From NCBI GenBank assembly GCA_033855555.1, contig JAWVFZ010000019.1, positions 1 through 37,432 of the forward strand: a stretch of 37,432 nt of DNA, in the 5' to 3' direction. Numbering within the stretch: the first letter of the stretch is position 1; each line of letters begins with the position of its first letter. The stretch is from Solirubrobacteraceae bacterium. Its GTDB lineage: Bacteria; Actinomycetota; Thermoleophilia; Solirubrobacterales; Solirubrobacteraceae. The position numbers were made by a program, and so were the translations under genes. Shown one piece after another: positions 19,421 to 27,393 of the stretch. The notes beneath the pieces were generated by a model, which had not been told where the DNA came from, searched no databases, and saw nothing but the letters and a program-made list of their open reading frames with translations.

Positions 19421-21205
19421 TCACCGGTGCAGGAACTCCTCGGCCTTGCCACGGATCGCGTGGCGCATGAACCGCCCGGCCGCCGGGTCGCCCTTGCGGA
19501 TCGCCTGCGCGAGCTCCTTGGCCTGCTCGAAGCGGATGTGGGGCGGCAGCGGCGGCACCTCCGGGTCGACGACGGCTTCGATCAGCGTCGGCCGGTCGGC
19601 GCTCAGCGCGCCGTCCCAGGCGAAGCCGACCGCGTCGGGCTCGTCGACCTTGATGCCCTTCAGTCCCAGCAGCTCCGCGTAGCGGGCGTATGGGAAGTCG
19701 GGGATGTCCTGCGAGACATCGAGCTTGGGGTCGCCCTCCATCACGCGCTGCTCCCACGTGACCTGGTTGAGGTCGTGGTTGTTGAGCACGAGGATCACCA
19801 GCCGCGGGTCCGTGAAGCGATCGGCGTACTTGGCGATGTCGATCAGCCCGTTGATCCCCAGCATCTGCATCGCGCCGTCGCCGAGGCAGGCGATCACCGG
19901 GCGGCTCGGGTAGGCGAGCTTGGCCGCCAGGGCGTAGGGGACGGCCGGGCACATCGTCGCCAGCGTTCCGCTGAGGATCGCCTTCATCCCCTGGCGAAGC
20001 TTCAGGTGCCGCGCCCACCAGTTCGTCGCCGAGCCGGAGTCCGCCGTGAGGATGCACCCGTCCGGCAGCCGCTCGCTGAGCTCGTGGAAGAGCAGCTGCG
20101 GGTTGATCGGATCGGCCGGCTGGCGGGCGACGCCGGCGAGGATCTCCCACCAGCGCTCGACCTCGTGCTCGATCTCCTGGCGCCACGCCCGGTTCTCCTT
20201 GCGCTGGACCATCGGCAGCAGCGCGCGCAGGGTCTCGCCGGCGTCGCCGGCCAGGTTCACCTCCATCGGGAAGCGGATGCCGAGCATCCGCGCGTCGAGG
20301 TCGATCTGCACGCCGCGCGCCTGGCCGGGCTCTGGCAGCCATTCGGAGTAGGGAAACGACGAGCCGACCATCAGCAGCGCGTCACAGCCGCTCATCATGT
20401 GCTCGGAGGGCTTGGTCCCCAGCAGGCCGATCGAGCCGGTGACGAACGGCAGGTCGTCGGGGAGCGCGGACCGCCCGTTCAGTGCCTTGGCGACGCCGCA
20501 GCCGAGCTTGTCCGCCATCGCGATCACCTCGTCGGGCGCGCCCGCGGCGCCGGCCCCGATCAGGATCGCGGGCTTCGAGGCCTCGTTGAGGAGCTGCGCA
20601 GCGGCCTGCAGATCGGCATCGGCGGGGATCACGCGCGGCTTGTGGACCGCGGCCGGGGAGGAGTGCACGGCGCCGTGCTCGCGCGGGGGCTCCTCATAGG
20701 GCTGGTCCTGCACGTCGGCCGGGACGATCAGGCACGTGACGGTGCGCTCGACCTCGGCGATCCGCATCGCGCGGTCGACGAGGTGCGCCATCTGCGCCGG
20801 GTCCGTGCACATGTGGACGTACTCGTGCGCGACGTCCTTGAAGAGCGACACGAGGTCGACCTCCTGCTGGTAGTTCGACCCCAGCGACATCATCTTCTGC
20901 TGGCCGACGATCGCGAGCACCGGCTGGTGGTCGAGCTTGGCGTCGTACAGGCCGTTCAACAGGTGGATCGCGCCCGGGCCCGAGGTGGCCATGCACACGC
21001 CGACCTTGCCGGTGACCTTCGCCTGCGCGGTGGCCATGAACGCGGCGAGCTCCTCATGGCGGGTCTGGATGAACTCGATTTCGTCGCCGAGCTCGTGGAA
21101 GGCGCCGAGGATGCCGTTGATCCCGTCGCCCGGATAGCCGTAGATGCGCTCGACGCCATGCGCGTGCAGCCGGCGGAGCAGGAAGGATCCGACGTTCTGG
21201 GCCAT
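19421..21205 (-). CDS. Thiamine-pyrophosphate-dependent enzyme, pyruvate oxidase / pyruvate:quinone dehydrogenase (PoxB)-like
   Basis: N-terminus VERIYGYPGDGINGI, TPP-binding block CLGDGAMQM...NN, and SD GGGAGG before the ATG at 21205. The track start at 21262 is probably too long. Confidence 0.85.
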   Translation of the reverse strand: MAQNVGSFLLRRLHAHGVERIYGYPGDGINGILGAFHELGDEIEFIQTRHEELAAFMATAQAKVTGKVGVCMATSGPGAIHLLNGLYDAKLDHQPVLAIVGQQKMMSLGSNYQQEVDLVSLFKDVAHEYVHMCTDPAQMAHLVDRAMRIAEVERTVTCLIVPADVQDQPYEEPPREHGAVHSSPAAVHKPRVIPADADLQAAAQLLNEASKPAILIGAGAAGAPDEVIAMADKLGCGVAKALNGRSALPDDLPFVTGSIGLLGTKPSEHMMSGCDALLMVGSSFPYSEWLPEPGQARGVQIDLDARMLGIRFPMEVNLAGDAGETLRALLPMVQRKENRAWRQEIEHEVERWWEILAGVARQPADPINPQLLFHELSERLPDGCILTADSGSATNWWARHLKLRQGMKAILSGTLATMCPAVPYALAAKLAYPSRPVIACLGDGAMQMLGINGLIDIAKYADRFTDPRLVILVLNNHDLNQVTWEQRVMEGDPKLDVSQDIPDFPYARYAELLGLKGIKVDEPDAVGFAWDGALSADRPTLIEAVVDPEVPPLPPHIRFEQAKELAQAIRKGDPAAGRFMRHAIRGKAEEFLHR

Positions 21206-21296
21206 GCCTCCCGTACTTCCCCGTTCGGCCCCGAAGGCGATGTCAGCGGTCGGACATCGCAAGCGCGACGGCCGCCGTCGCTGCGACGGCTGGGCT

Positions 21297-22088
21297 TCAG
21301 CTTCGCGCCTGGACGGCAGCGAGGCTTTCGCGCAGCGCGGCCAGGAGGTCCGGGGCTGGGGCCGGCGTCTCGGGCTCGGGCGCCGCGGCGATCTCGCCGC
21401 CCTTGCGCTTCTTTGCGATCAGTTCCTCCACGCGCTTGCGGTGGCGGTCCTCGTAGGCGGACGGGTCGAAGTCCGTGGTGAGCGCCTTGACGAGCTTCGT
21501 CGCGTTCGTGAGCGCCTGCTTGGACGGCTTGTCCTTGGCAGTCACGCGCGCGTCGCCGAGGTCCTTCGGCGAGCGCAGCTCGTCCTCGAAGAGCATGGTG
21601 CTCAGGCTGAGCACGCCGTCGCGCACCCGCAGAGCGACCAGGTACTCGCGCGTGCGCAGCACGAAGCGGCCGATCGCGACGCGCTCCTTGCGGTGCATGA
21701 CATCGGCGAGCAGGCGGTAGGCGCGCGCCGCGCCCTCGCCGCCGACGGGAACGAGGAAGTAGGGATGGTCGAAGGAGGCGGGATCGATCGACTCCAGGTC
21801 GACGAACGCCTCGACGTCGATCGTCTTGGTCTTGCTGGGCTCGAGCGCGGCGAGCTCCTCGTCGCCGAGCATCACGCAGTCGCTGCCGGTGTCGTAACCG
21901 CGGGCGATCTCGTCGTAGTCGACCGGCTTGCCTTCCTTGGAGCACACGCGGCGGACCTCGATGCGTGCCTTGGAGCGCTTGTCGAGCTGGTGGAAGTGGA
22001 CCCCCAGGTCGCGCGCGGCGGCCAAGAGCGCGACGGGCACGTTGACCAAACCGAAGCTCACCGCCCCGGTCCAGATCGGGCGGGCCAT
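21297..22088 (-). CDS. ku: Ku protein (NHEJ DNA-end-binding), canonical paralogue with an acidic/neutral C-terminus
   Basis: MARPIWTGAVSFGLVNVPV N-terminus typical of bacterial Ku. Its start overlaps the upstream Ku stop by 1 nt (TGATG). Confidence 0.92.
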   Translation of the reverse strand: MARPIWTGAVSFGLVNVPVALLAAARDLGVHFHQLDKRSKARIEVRRVCSKEGKPVDYDEIARGYDTGSDCVMLGDEELAALEPSKTKTIDVEAFVDLESIDPASFDHPYFLVPVGGEGAARAYRLLADVMHRKERVAIGRFVLRTREYLVALRVRDGVLSLSTMLFEDELRSPKDLGDARVTAKDKPSKQALTNATKLVKALTTDFDPSAYEDRHRKRVEELIAKKRKGGEIAAAPEPETPAPAPDLLAALRESLAAVQARS

Positions 22089-22933
22089 CAGCGCCGCGCC
22101 TTCCGACGCGAGCCCTTCGCTGCGGCCGCGTGGCCGCGACGGCGCTCGCTCGGGCGCTTGCGCTTGGGCGCCGCCTCGAGACTCGCCTGCAGAGCCGCCA
22201 TCAGGTCCTCGGGTTCGGCCGGCTCCTCGAGCTCGGGCAGCTCGGGCGCCTTGCCCTTGGCCTTGGCCTTCGCGTAGCTGTCGACGCGCTCGCGATAGGT
22301 GTCGTGGTAGGCCGAGGGGTCGAACTCGGCGTGCAGGCCCTCCAGCAGCTCCTCGGCCATCTCGACCTCGCGCTGCGTCGGCGCGCGCTTGGGCTCGGGG
22401 AGGTCGAGCTCCTCGGCGGCGACGAGCTCGTCGGCGAACCGCATCGTGCTCATGTTCAGCACGCCGTCGCCCGCGCGCAGCGCGACAAGCTGCTCCTTGG
22501 AGCGCAGCACCACCCGGCCGATGCCGACGAGGTCCGTGCGCTCCAGCGCCGCCAGCAGCGCCGCAAGGGCGTCGCGGCCATCCTTCTGCGCGCCGACGTG
22601 GTAGGCGCGGTCGTAGAAGATCGGGTCGATCTGCTCGGCGGGCACGAACGCCTCGATCTCGATCGCCTTGCGCTCCGGCTGCTCGATCGCCCGCACCTCG
22701 TCGGGGGACAGCACCACGTAGCGCCCGTTGCCCGTCTCGTAGCCCAGGACGATCTGCTCGGAGGGGACCTCGCGGCCGGTCTTCGTGGAGACGCGGCGGT
22801 GCTCGATCGGCGCGCCGTCCTTTTGATGGAGCTCGCGAAAGCGCGGCGTGGTCGGCTGCGTGGCGGCGAACAGCTTCACCGGCACGGCCATCCCGGCGAG
22901 CATGACCGCGCCGTTCCAGATCGAGCGGGCCAC
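22088..22933 (-). CDS. ku: Ku protein, divergent paralogue with a strongly basic C-terminal tail
   Basis: GTG start. MARSIWNGAVMLAGMAVPVKLF N-terminus, Ku core similarity to the neighbour, and C-terminal KRKRPSERRRGHAAAAKGSRRKARR. Confidence 0.88.
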   Translation of the reverse strand: MARSIWNGAVMLAGMAVPVKLFAATQPTTPRFRELHQKDGAPIEHRRVSTKTGREVPSEQIVLGYETGNGRYVVLSPDEVRAIEQPERKAIEIEAFVPAEQIDPIFYDRAYHVGAQKDGRDALAALLAALERTDLVGIGRVVLRSKEQLVALRAGDGVLNMSTMRFADELVAAEELDLPEPKRAPTQREVEMAEELLEGLHAEFDPSAYHDTYRERVDSYAKAKAKGKAPELPELEEPAEPEDLMAALQASLEAAPKRKRPSERRRGHAAAAKGSRRKARR

Positions 22934-22939
22934 CTCGGC

Positions 22940-23872
22940 TCAGTGCTCCGCGGCGCGGACCTCGACCCGGCCTTCGCGCAGGCGCACCTCATAGGCAGGC
23001 TGCGGGAATGTGCCCGGCCCGCGCTCGACGGCGCCGTCCTCGAGGCGGAAGCGCGTCCCATGCCAGGGACACTGGATGCAGTCGCCGGTCAGCTCGCCGT
23101 CGTGCAGCGGGCCGCCGCGATGTGAGCAGCGATCGGCCAGGGCGAAGATGCGGTCCCCGCGGCGGACGAGCAGCACCTGCACGCCGGCGACCTCGGCGAC
23201 GCGCGGCTCGCCTTCGGCCAGGTCGCTGTCGGCGACCGCGAAGGTCCATTCGCCCGGGCGCTTCTCGAAGGCCGTCCGGTCGACGCCGACGCCCTTGGCG
23301 TAGCTGAGGTGGCCGCCGAGGTGGCCACCTGCGGCCAGCGAGCCTGCACCGGCGAGGCCGAGGGCGACGCCCTGGCCGTGGTCGCCGCGGCGGCGCGCGA
23401 GCCAGGATGCGCCGAACAGGCCGAGCGCCGCCACGTTCGCCACGGCATGGACGATCCCGATGCGCCGCACGCGTTCGTCGACCTTCGTCGTGTCTGCGTA
23501 GTCCGCCCAGCCGGCCGCCGCGGTGGGAACCGCCACGGCAACGCCCAGCCCGACCAGCCGCCGCGCGGCGGGGCGTGACTGGCGGCCGCCGACCAGGTCG
23601 AGCACCGTCGCCGAGGTCCAGGCGCCGATCGGCACGTCTGTGAGCAGCGGGTGAAGCGCGTGGCCGAGCCACGTGCCGCTGAGGGCGTCCTTGACCGCGC
23701 CGGGCTTGAGGATCGAGCGCACCTGGGTGGCGAGCGCCTCCGCCGGTCGGTCCAGCGCCTCGATGCCGCCGATCGACTCGGCGAGCCGCTCCAGCGCCGG
23801 CTTGTCCGGGTCGCCGGGCTGCCACTCGCGGCTGGTGAAGCGTCCTTCGCGGTCCTGCTCTGTGGTGGCCAT
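22940..23872 (-). CDS. Membrane protein with an N-terminal DUF2231-like domain and a C-terminal Rieske [2Fe-2S] domain
   Basis: WLGHALHPLLTDVPIG and further TM helices, then Rieske boxes CSHRGGPL and CPWHGTRF. The stop lies 6 nt before the Ku GTG. Confidence 0.85.
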   Translation of the reverse strand: MATTEQDREGRFTSREWQPGDPDKPALERLAESIGGIEALDRPAEALATQVRSILKPGAVKDALSGTWLGHALHPLLTDVPIGAWTSATVLDLVGGRQSRPAARRLVGLGVAVAVPTAAAGWADYADTTKVDERVRRIGIVHAVANVAALGLFGASWLARRRGDHGQGVALGLAGAGSLAAGGHLGGHLSYAKGVGVDRTAFEKRPGEWTFAVADSDLAEGEPRVAEVAGVQVLLVRRGDRIFALADRCSHRGGPLHDGELTGDCIQCPWHGTRFRLEDGAVERGPGTFPQPAYEVRLREGRVEVRAAEH

Positions 23873-23919
23873 GGGCGGGTGCTACCCGGCGTCCGTCATG
23901 GCTATCTGCAAGCATGCGC

Positions 23920-24088
23920 GGCAGCTTCGAAACCAGCCGAGTTCCGTCCGCCCAGCGCGGCCGGGAACGGGGGACCCAAATGCCCGGCATGTCCGGGCTG
24001 GGGCGAATCGCCACCACAGGTGGCGTAGCGCATCTCTCACAGCGCGAGCCCGTCAGCTAACCCCGTAGGCACGAGAGAGATCGAGAGG
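23920..24088 (+). promoter_or_regulatory. c-di-AMP riboswitch (ydaO/yuaA class) in the 5' leader of the Rpf-like gene; boundaries approximate
   Basis: Hallmark conserved blocks as I recall them from the B. subtilis ydaO leader: AACGGGGGACCCAAAU (23966-23981), GGGGCGAAUCGCC (23999-24011) and CCCGUCAGCUAACCCCGUAGGC (24049-24070). The SD GAGAGG lies just downstream. Confidence 0.8.
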
Positions 24089-24092
24089 TCTG

Positions 24093-24767
24093 ATGTCGAC
24101 GAACGATGACGCGCATGTGCGCGAGCCCTGGTCGCTCGCGGAGGACTGCGACGCCTCCCTGCGCCGTGCCAGACGCCGCCGCTCCGTTGCAGCGAGGCTG
24201 CGGGCCCGGACGCGGCGCCGGCATTCGGCGCGCAGCTCGCTGCTCGCCTTCACGACCCTTCTCGCCGTCGCTGCGCCGCTCTCGCTCGCAGCCGGGGGCG
24301 CGGGCGGGCTGCTGCGCCGCGGGAGCTCGGGGACGGACGTGAGCGCAGTCCAGCGAGCGCTTGGCGTCTCGCCGACGGGCACGTTCGGCTCCGTGACCGA
24401 CCGCGCGGTGCGGGCGTTTCAGCACAGCCACGGCCTTACCGCCGACGGCGTCGTGGGCCCGTTGACACGCGCGGCGCTCGGCATCGGCGGCGCGGCGCCC
24501 GCCGCGAGCACCCCGGCGGCGGCAGCGCCGCGATCGGCTGCGGCCTCGACGACGCTTGCGCGCATCGCGGCATGCGAGTCGGGCGGAAACCCCACCGCGG
24601 TCTCGAGCAGCGGCCGCTACCGCGGCAAGTACCAGTTCTCGCGAGCGACCTGGCGTGCAATGGGCGGCACAGGCGATCCCGCGAAGGCCCCGGAGGCCGA
24701 GCAGGACCGCCTCGCGGCCGCGCTTTTGGCGAAGGCCGGCACCGCGCCCTGGCCGATCTGCGGCTGA
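24093..24767 (+). CDS. Secreted muralytic protein: peptidoglycan-binding domain plus Rpf-like transglycosylase domain
   Basis: PG_binding_1-like GSSGTDVSAVQRALG...DGVVGPLT, and a C-terminal Rpf-type block IAACESGGNPTAVSSSGRYRGKYQFSRATW...APWPICG. Confidence 0.85.
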   Translation: MSTNDDAHVREPWSLAEDCDASLRRARRRRSVAARLRARTRRRHSARSSLLAFTTLLAVAAPLSLAAGGAGGLLRRGSSGTDVSAVQRALGVSPTGTFGSVTDRAVRAFQHSHGLTADGVVGPLTRAALGIGGAAPAASTPAAAAPRSAAASTTLARIAACESGGNPTAVSSSGRYRGKYQFSRATWRAMGGTGDPAKAPEAEQDRLAAALLAKAGTAPWPICG

Positions 24768-24786
24768 GGACCGTAGGCTGCGGCGC

Positions 24787-25038
24787 GTGGATGACCCCGC
24801 GCGCCAGCTCGAGCTGACGCTCGGCCCCCTCGTCGTCGTCGAGGTGGCCGAGCGCTTCAGCGCCGGTCTCACCGGCCGCTCCGATCGCTCCTACGCCTCG
24901 CCGCCGCAGTCGCGCGAGAAGGCGCTGGTGCTTGCGGCGCTGCTCGTCGACGCCGCCGGCCCGCTCGAGGGCGACGGCCCGTGGCAGCGGGCGCTCGCGG
25001 GCGGCCGCCGCGTCGTCCGCCTCGCGCCGGCTCCTTGA
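24787..25038 (+). CDS. Candidate 83-aa ORF with a GTG start; tentative
   Basis: This otherwise empty 340-bp gap shows strong GC3 periodicity in this frame (the tail of track ORF 24556..25038). No motif and no clear SD. Confidence 0.25.
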   Translation: MDDPARQLELTLGPLVVVEVAERFSAGLTGRSDRSYASPPQSREKALVLAALLVDAAGPLEGDGPWQRALAGGRRVVRLAPAP

Positions 25039-25104
25039 CGCTGTGGCAGGAATCGTCTGGTGTCTGTCCTTGCGGCCAGTCGCGGGCGCCGCGATGATCG
25101 GCGC

Positions 25105-26055
25105 ATGCGCAGGGTCGTCATCGTCGCCTTCGAGGGCGTTCAGAGCCTCGACGTCACCGGGCCCGCCGAGGCGTTCTCGATCGCCACGCGCTTCTACGGC
25201 GGCGACTACGCGATCGAGCTCGTCACGCCCGATGGCGCTCCGGCGCGGTCGCTCAGCGGGCTGGCGCTGCAGGCCGACCGCGCGATCGACGCCGTCCGTG
25301 GCCCGATCGACACGCTGGTCGTCGCCGGCGGCGAGGGAACGGCCCGCGCGGTCGGCGACGGGCGCCTCGTCGACTGGGTCCGGCGCGCCGCGACGCGCTC
25401 GCGCCGCGTTGCCTCCGTCTGCACCGGCGCCTTCCTGCTCGCCGAGGCCGGGCTGCTCGACGGCCGCCGCGCGACCACGCATTGGGCCTCCTGCACGCGC
25501 CTGGCCGAGCGCCATCCGCAGATCGAGGTGGACCCGGACCCGATCTTCGTCCGCGACGGCGACGTCTGGACCTCGGCGGGCGTGACCGCCGGGATGGACC
25601 TCGCTCTGGCGCTGATCGAGGACGACCACGGTCCCCAGGCCGCGCTGCAGACGGCCCGGTCCCTGGTGCTCTTCGTCCGCCGGCCCGGGGGCCAGTCGCA
25701 GTTCAGCGCGCAGCTCGCAGCCGCGCCGGCGCGGCGCGAACCGCTGCGCGACGTGCAGTCCCACATCGCCGAGCATCCCGGCGGCGACCTCTCGGTGCCC
25801 GCGCTGGCGGCCCGCGCGCACATGAGCGAGCGCAACTTCGCGCGCGCCTTTCGCACCGAGACCGGCATGACGCCTGCCGCCTACGTCGAGGTGGCGCGCG
25901 TCGAGCGCGCCCGCCGCGAGCTCGAGACCACCGACCTGCCCGTCGAGGCCGTGGCCGCGCGCTGCGGGTTCGGCACCGTGGAGACCATGCGCCGCGCCTT
26001 TCACCGGCGCCTGGGCGTCAACCCCGCCGCCTACCGCGCCCGGTTCGCGGCCTGA
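25105..26055 (+). CDS. GlxA-family transcriptional regulator (DJ-1/PfpI-like domain plus AraC HTH)
   Basis: RVVIVAFEGVQSLDVTGPAEAF, SVCTGAFLLAEAGLLDG, and a C-terminal AraC HTH (SERNFARAFRTETGMTPAAY). An alternative GTG start at 25060 has AGGAA upstream. Confidence 0.88.
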   Translation: MRRVVIVAFEGVQSLDVTGPAEAFSIATRFYGGDYAIELVTPDGAPARSLSGLALQADRAIDAVRGPIDTLVVAGGEGTARAVGDGRLVDWVRRAATRSRRVASVCTGAFLLAEAGLLDGRRATTHWASCTRLAERHPQIEVDPDPIFVRDGDVWTSAGVTAGMDLALALIEDDHGPQAALQTARSLVLFVRRPGGQSQFSAQLAAAPARREPLRDVQSHIAEHPGGDLSVPALAARAHMSERNFARAFRTETGMTPAAYVEVARVERARRELETTDLPVEAVAARCGFGTVETMRRAFHRRLGVNPAAYRARFAA

Positions 26056-26071
26056 ACCCGAGAGGCACACC

Positions 26072-26722
26072 ATGGACATCGCGATACCGCTCTTCGACCG
26101 CTTCACCGCGCTCGACGCCGTCGGCCCCTACGAGACGCTCAGCCGGCTGCCCGGCGCGCGCGTCACGTTCATCGCCGCCGAGGCGGGCCCGAAGACGACC
26201 GACAACGGCATGCTCAGCCTCGTCGCGGAGCGCACGCTGGATGACCTTCCGAGCCCGGACATCGTCGTCGTCCCGGGCGGAATCGGGTCGCGGGCGATGA
26301 TGCACGACGAGGCGCTGATCGGCTGGGTGCGCACCGCCCACGAGACGTCGACGTGGACCTGCTCGGTCTGCACGGGCTCGCTCGTCCTCGGCGCCGCCGG
26401 CATCCTCGACGGCCTCGAGGCCACCACGCACTGGATGGCGATGGATGCGCTCGCCTCGACCGGCGCCATCCCCACCGGCCGGCGGGTCGTGGAGCAGGGA
26501 AAGATCATCACCGCGGCCGGCGTCTCGGCGGGCATCGACATGGGCCTGACGCTTGCGGCGCGGATCGCGGGCGACCTCGTCGCCCAGGCGATCCAGCTCG
26601 GGATCGAGTACGACCCGCAGCCGCCGTTCGACTCGGGCTCGCCGGAGAAGGCGCCGGCCGAGGTCGTCGCGATCTGCCGCGGCGTCGAGGCGTTGATCGA
26701 CGCGGGCGAGCCGGTCGGCTAG
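26072..26722 (+). CDS. DJ-1/PfpI family protein
   Basis: Nucleophile-elbow block SVCTGSLVLGAAGILDG and SD GAGAGG upstream. Typical partner of a GlxA regulator. Confidence 0.88.
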   Translation: MDIAIPLFDRFTALDAVGPYETLSRLPGARVTFIAAEAGPKTTDNGMLSLVAERTLDDLPSPDIVVVPGGIGSRAMMHDEALIGWVRTAHETSTWTCSVCTGSLVLGAAGILDGLEATTHWMAMDALASTGAIPTGRRVVEQGKIITAAGVSAGIDMGLTLAARIAGDLVAQAIQLGIEYDPQPPFDSGSPEKAPAEVVAICRGVEALIDAGEPVG

Positions 26723-26734
26723 CGACCCGCAGGC

Positions 26735-27292
26735 TCACAGCAGCGAGATGGCCACGACGGCCATCCAGACGATGAACGCGGCGTACAGCAGGCGCTCGGC
26801 GAGCCCGAACGCGATGGTCAGCGGTTGCACGACGCGCGTGACGAGCGTCGCGACGGCCGCAACGACCACGAGCTTCGCCAGCCCGTGGGCGAGGTCGAGC
26901 TCCGTCGACACGGTCGGCGCCGCAAACGCGATCGAGGTGAACGCCGCCGCTGCCAGAAGCAGGTGGATGCGCGCCTCGGTCGTGAGCCGATGGCCGGGCC
27001 GAGCCGTCATGAAGCGGGCGATGAGGATCCGCGAGCCGGCGAATATCCACAGCCAGACGAGCGCGCCCGTGGCCACGCCGCCAACGCGCCCAAGCGCGAG
27101 TGCCAGGCAAGCGGCGCCGGCCCCGAGCGCCACGACCATGACGCGGTAGTACACGTGGAACCGCGTCGTGCCGTAGTCGCTGACCGCGTCGCGAATGGGC
27201 TTGCGCCCCGTCGGCAGGGTGTGGAGGCGAACCAGCACGAGCGCAGCGGCGATCACCAAGGTGAGAGCGGCGACGGAGAGCGTCTGGGTCAT
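26735..27292 (-). CDS. Polytopic membrane protein (possibly DUF998-like)
   Basis: About 6 hydrophobic helices and high GC3. I prefer the ATG at 27292 (MTQTL). The family assignment rests on memory only. Confidence 0.6.
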   Translation of the reverse strand: MTQTLSVAALTLVIAAALVLVRLHTLPTGRKPIRDAVSDYGTTRFHVYYRVMVVALGAGAACLALALGRVGGVATGALVWLWIFAGSRILIARFMTARPGHRLTTEARIHLLLAAAAFTSIAFAAPTVSTELDLAHGLAKLVVVAAVATLVTRVVQPLTIAFGLAERLLYAAFIVWMAVVAISLL

Positions 27293-27306
27293 CGGCGGGC
27301 AGGATA

Positions 27307-27320
27307 GTGACACCGGTCAC
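27307..27320. promoter_or_regulatory. Inverted repeat GTGAC-N4-GTCAC; candidate TetR operator upstream of the MFS-tetR pair
   Basis: GTGACACCGGTCAC lies in the 101-bp divergent intergenic region, about 75 nt upstream of the MFS start. Confidence 0.3.
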
Positions 27321-27393
27321 AAAGCGGACTGGCCGCTCCACTTGTGGTACCGTAACCGGACCGTCTGATCCGCTTACCCTGGAGTCTCCTGCT

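Noticed and set aside
21263-21290. GCGACGG / CCGTCGC / GCGACGG triple-arm repeat downstream of the Ku operon, considered as a terminator or attenuator with alternative folds
   Set aside because: Only one 7-bp stem with a 3-nt loop is sterically feasible, and there is no U-tract. It is plausibly a weak terminator but is not supportable as a feature.
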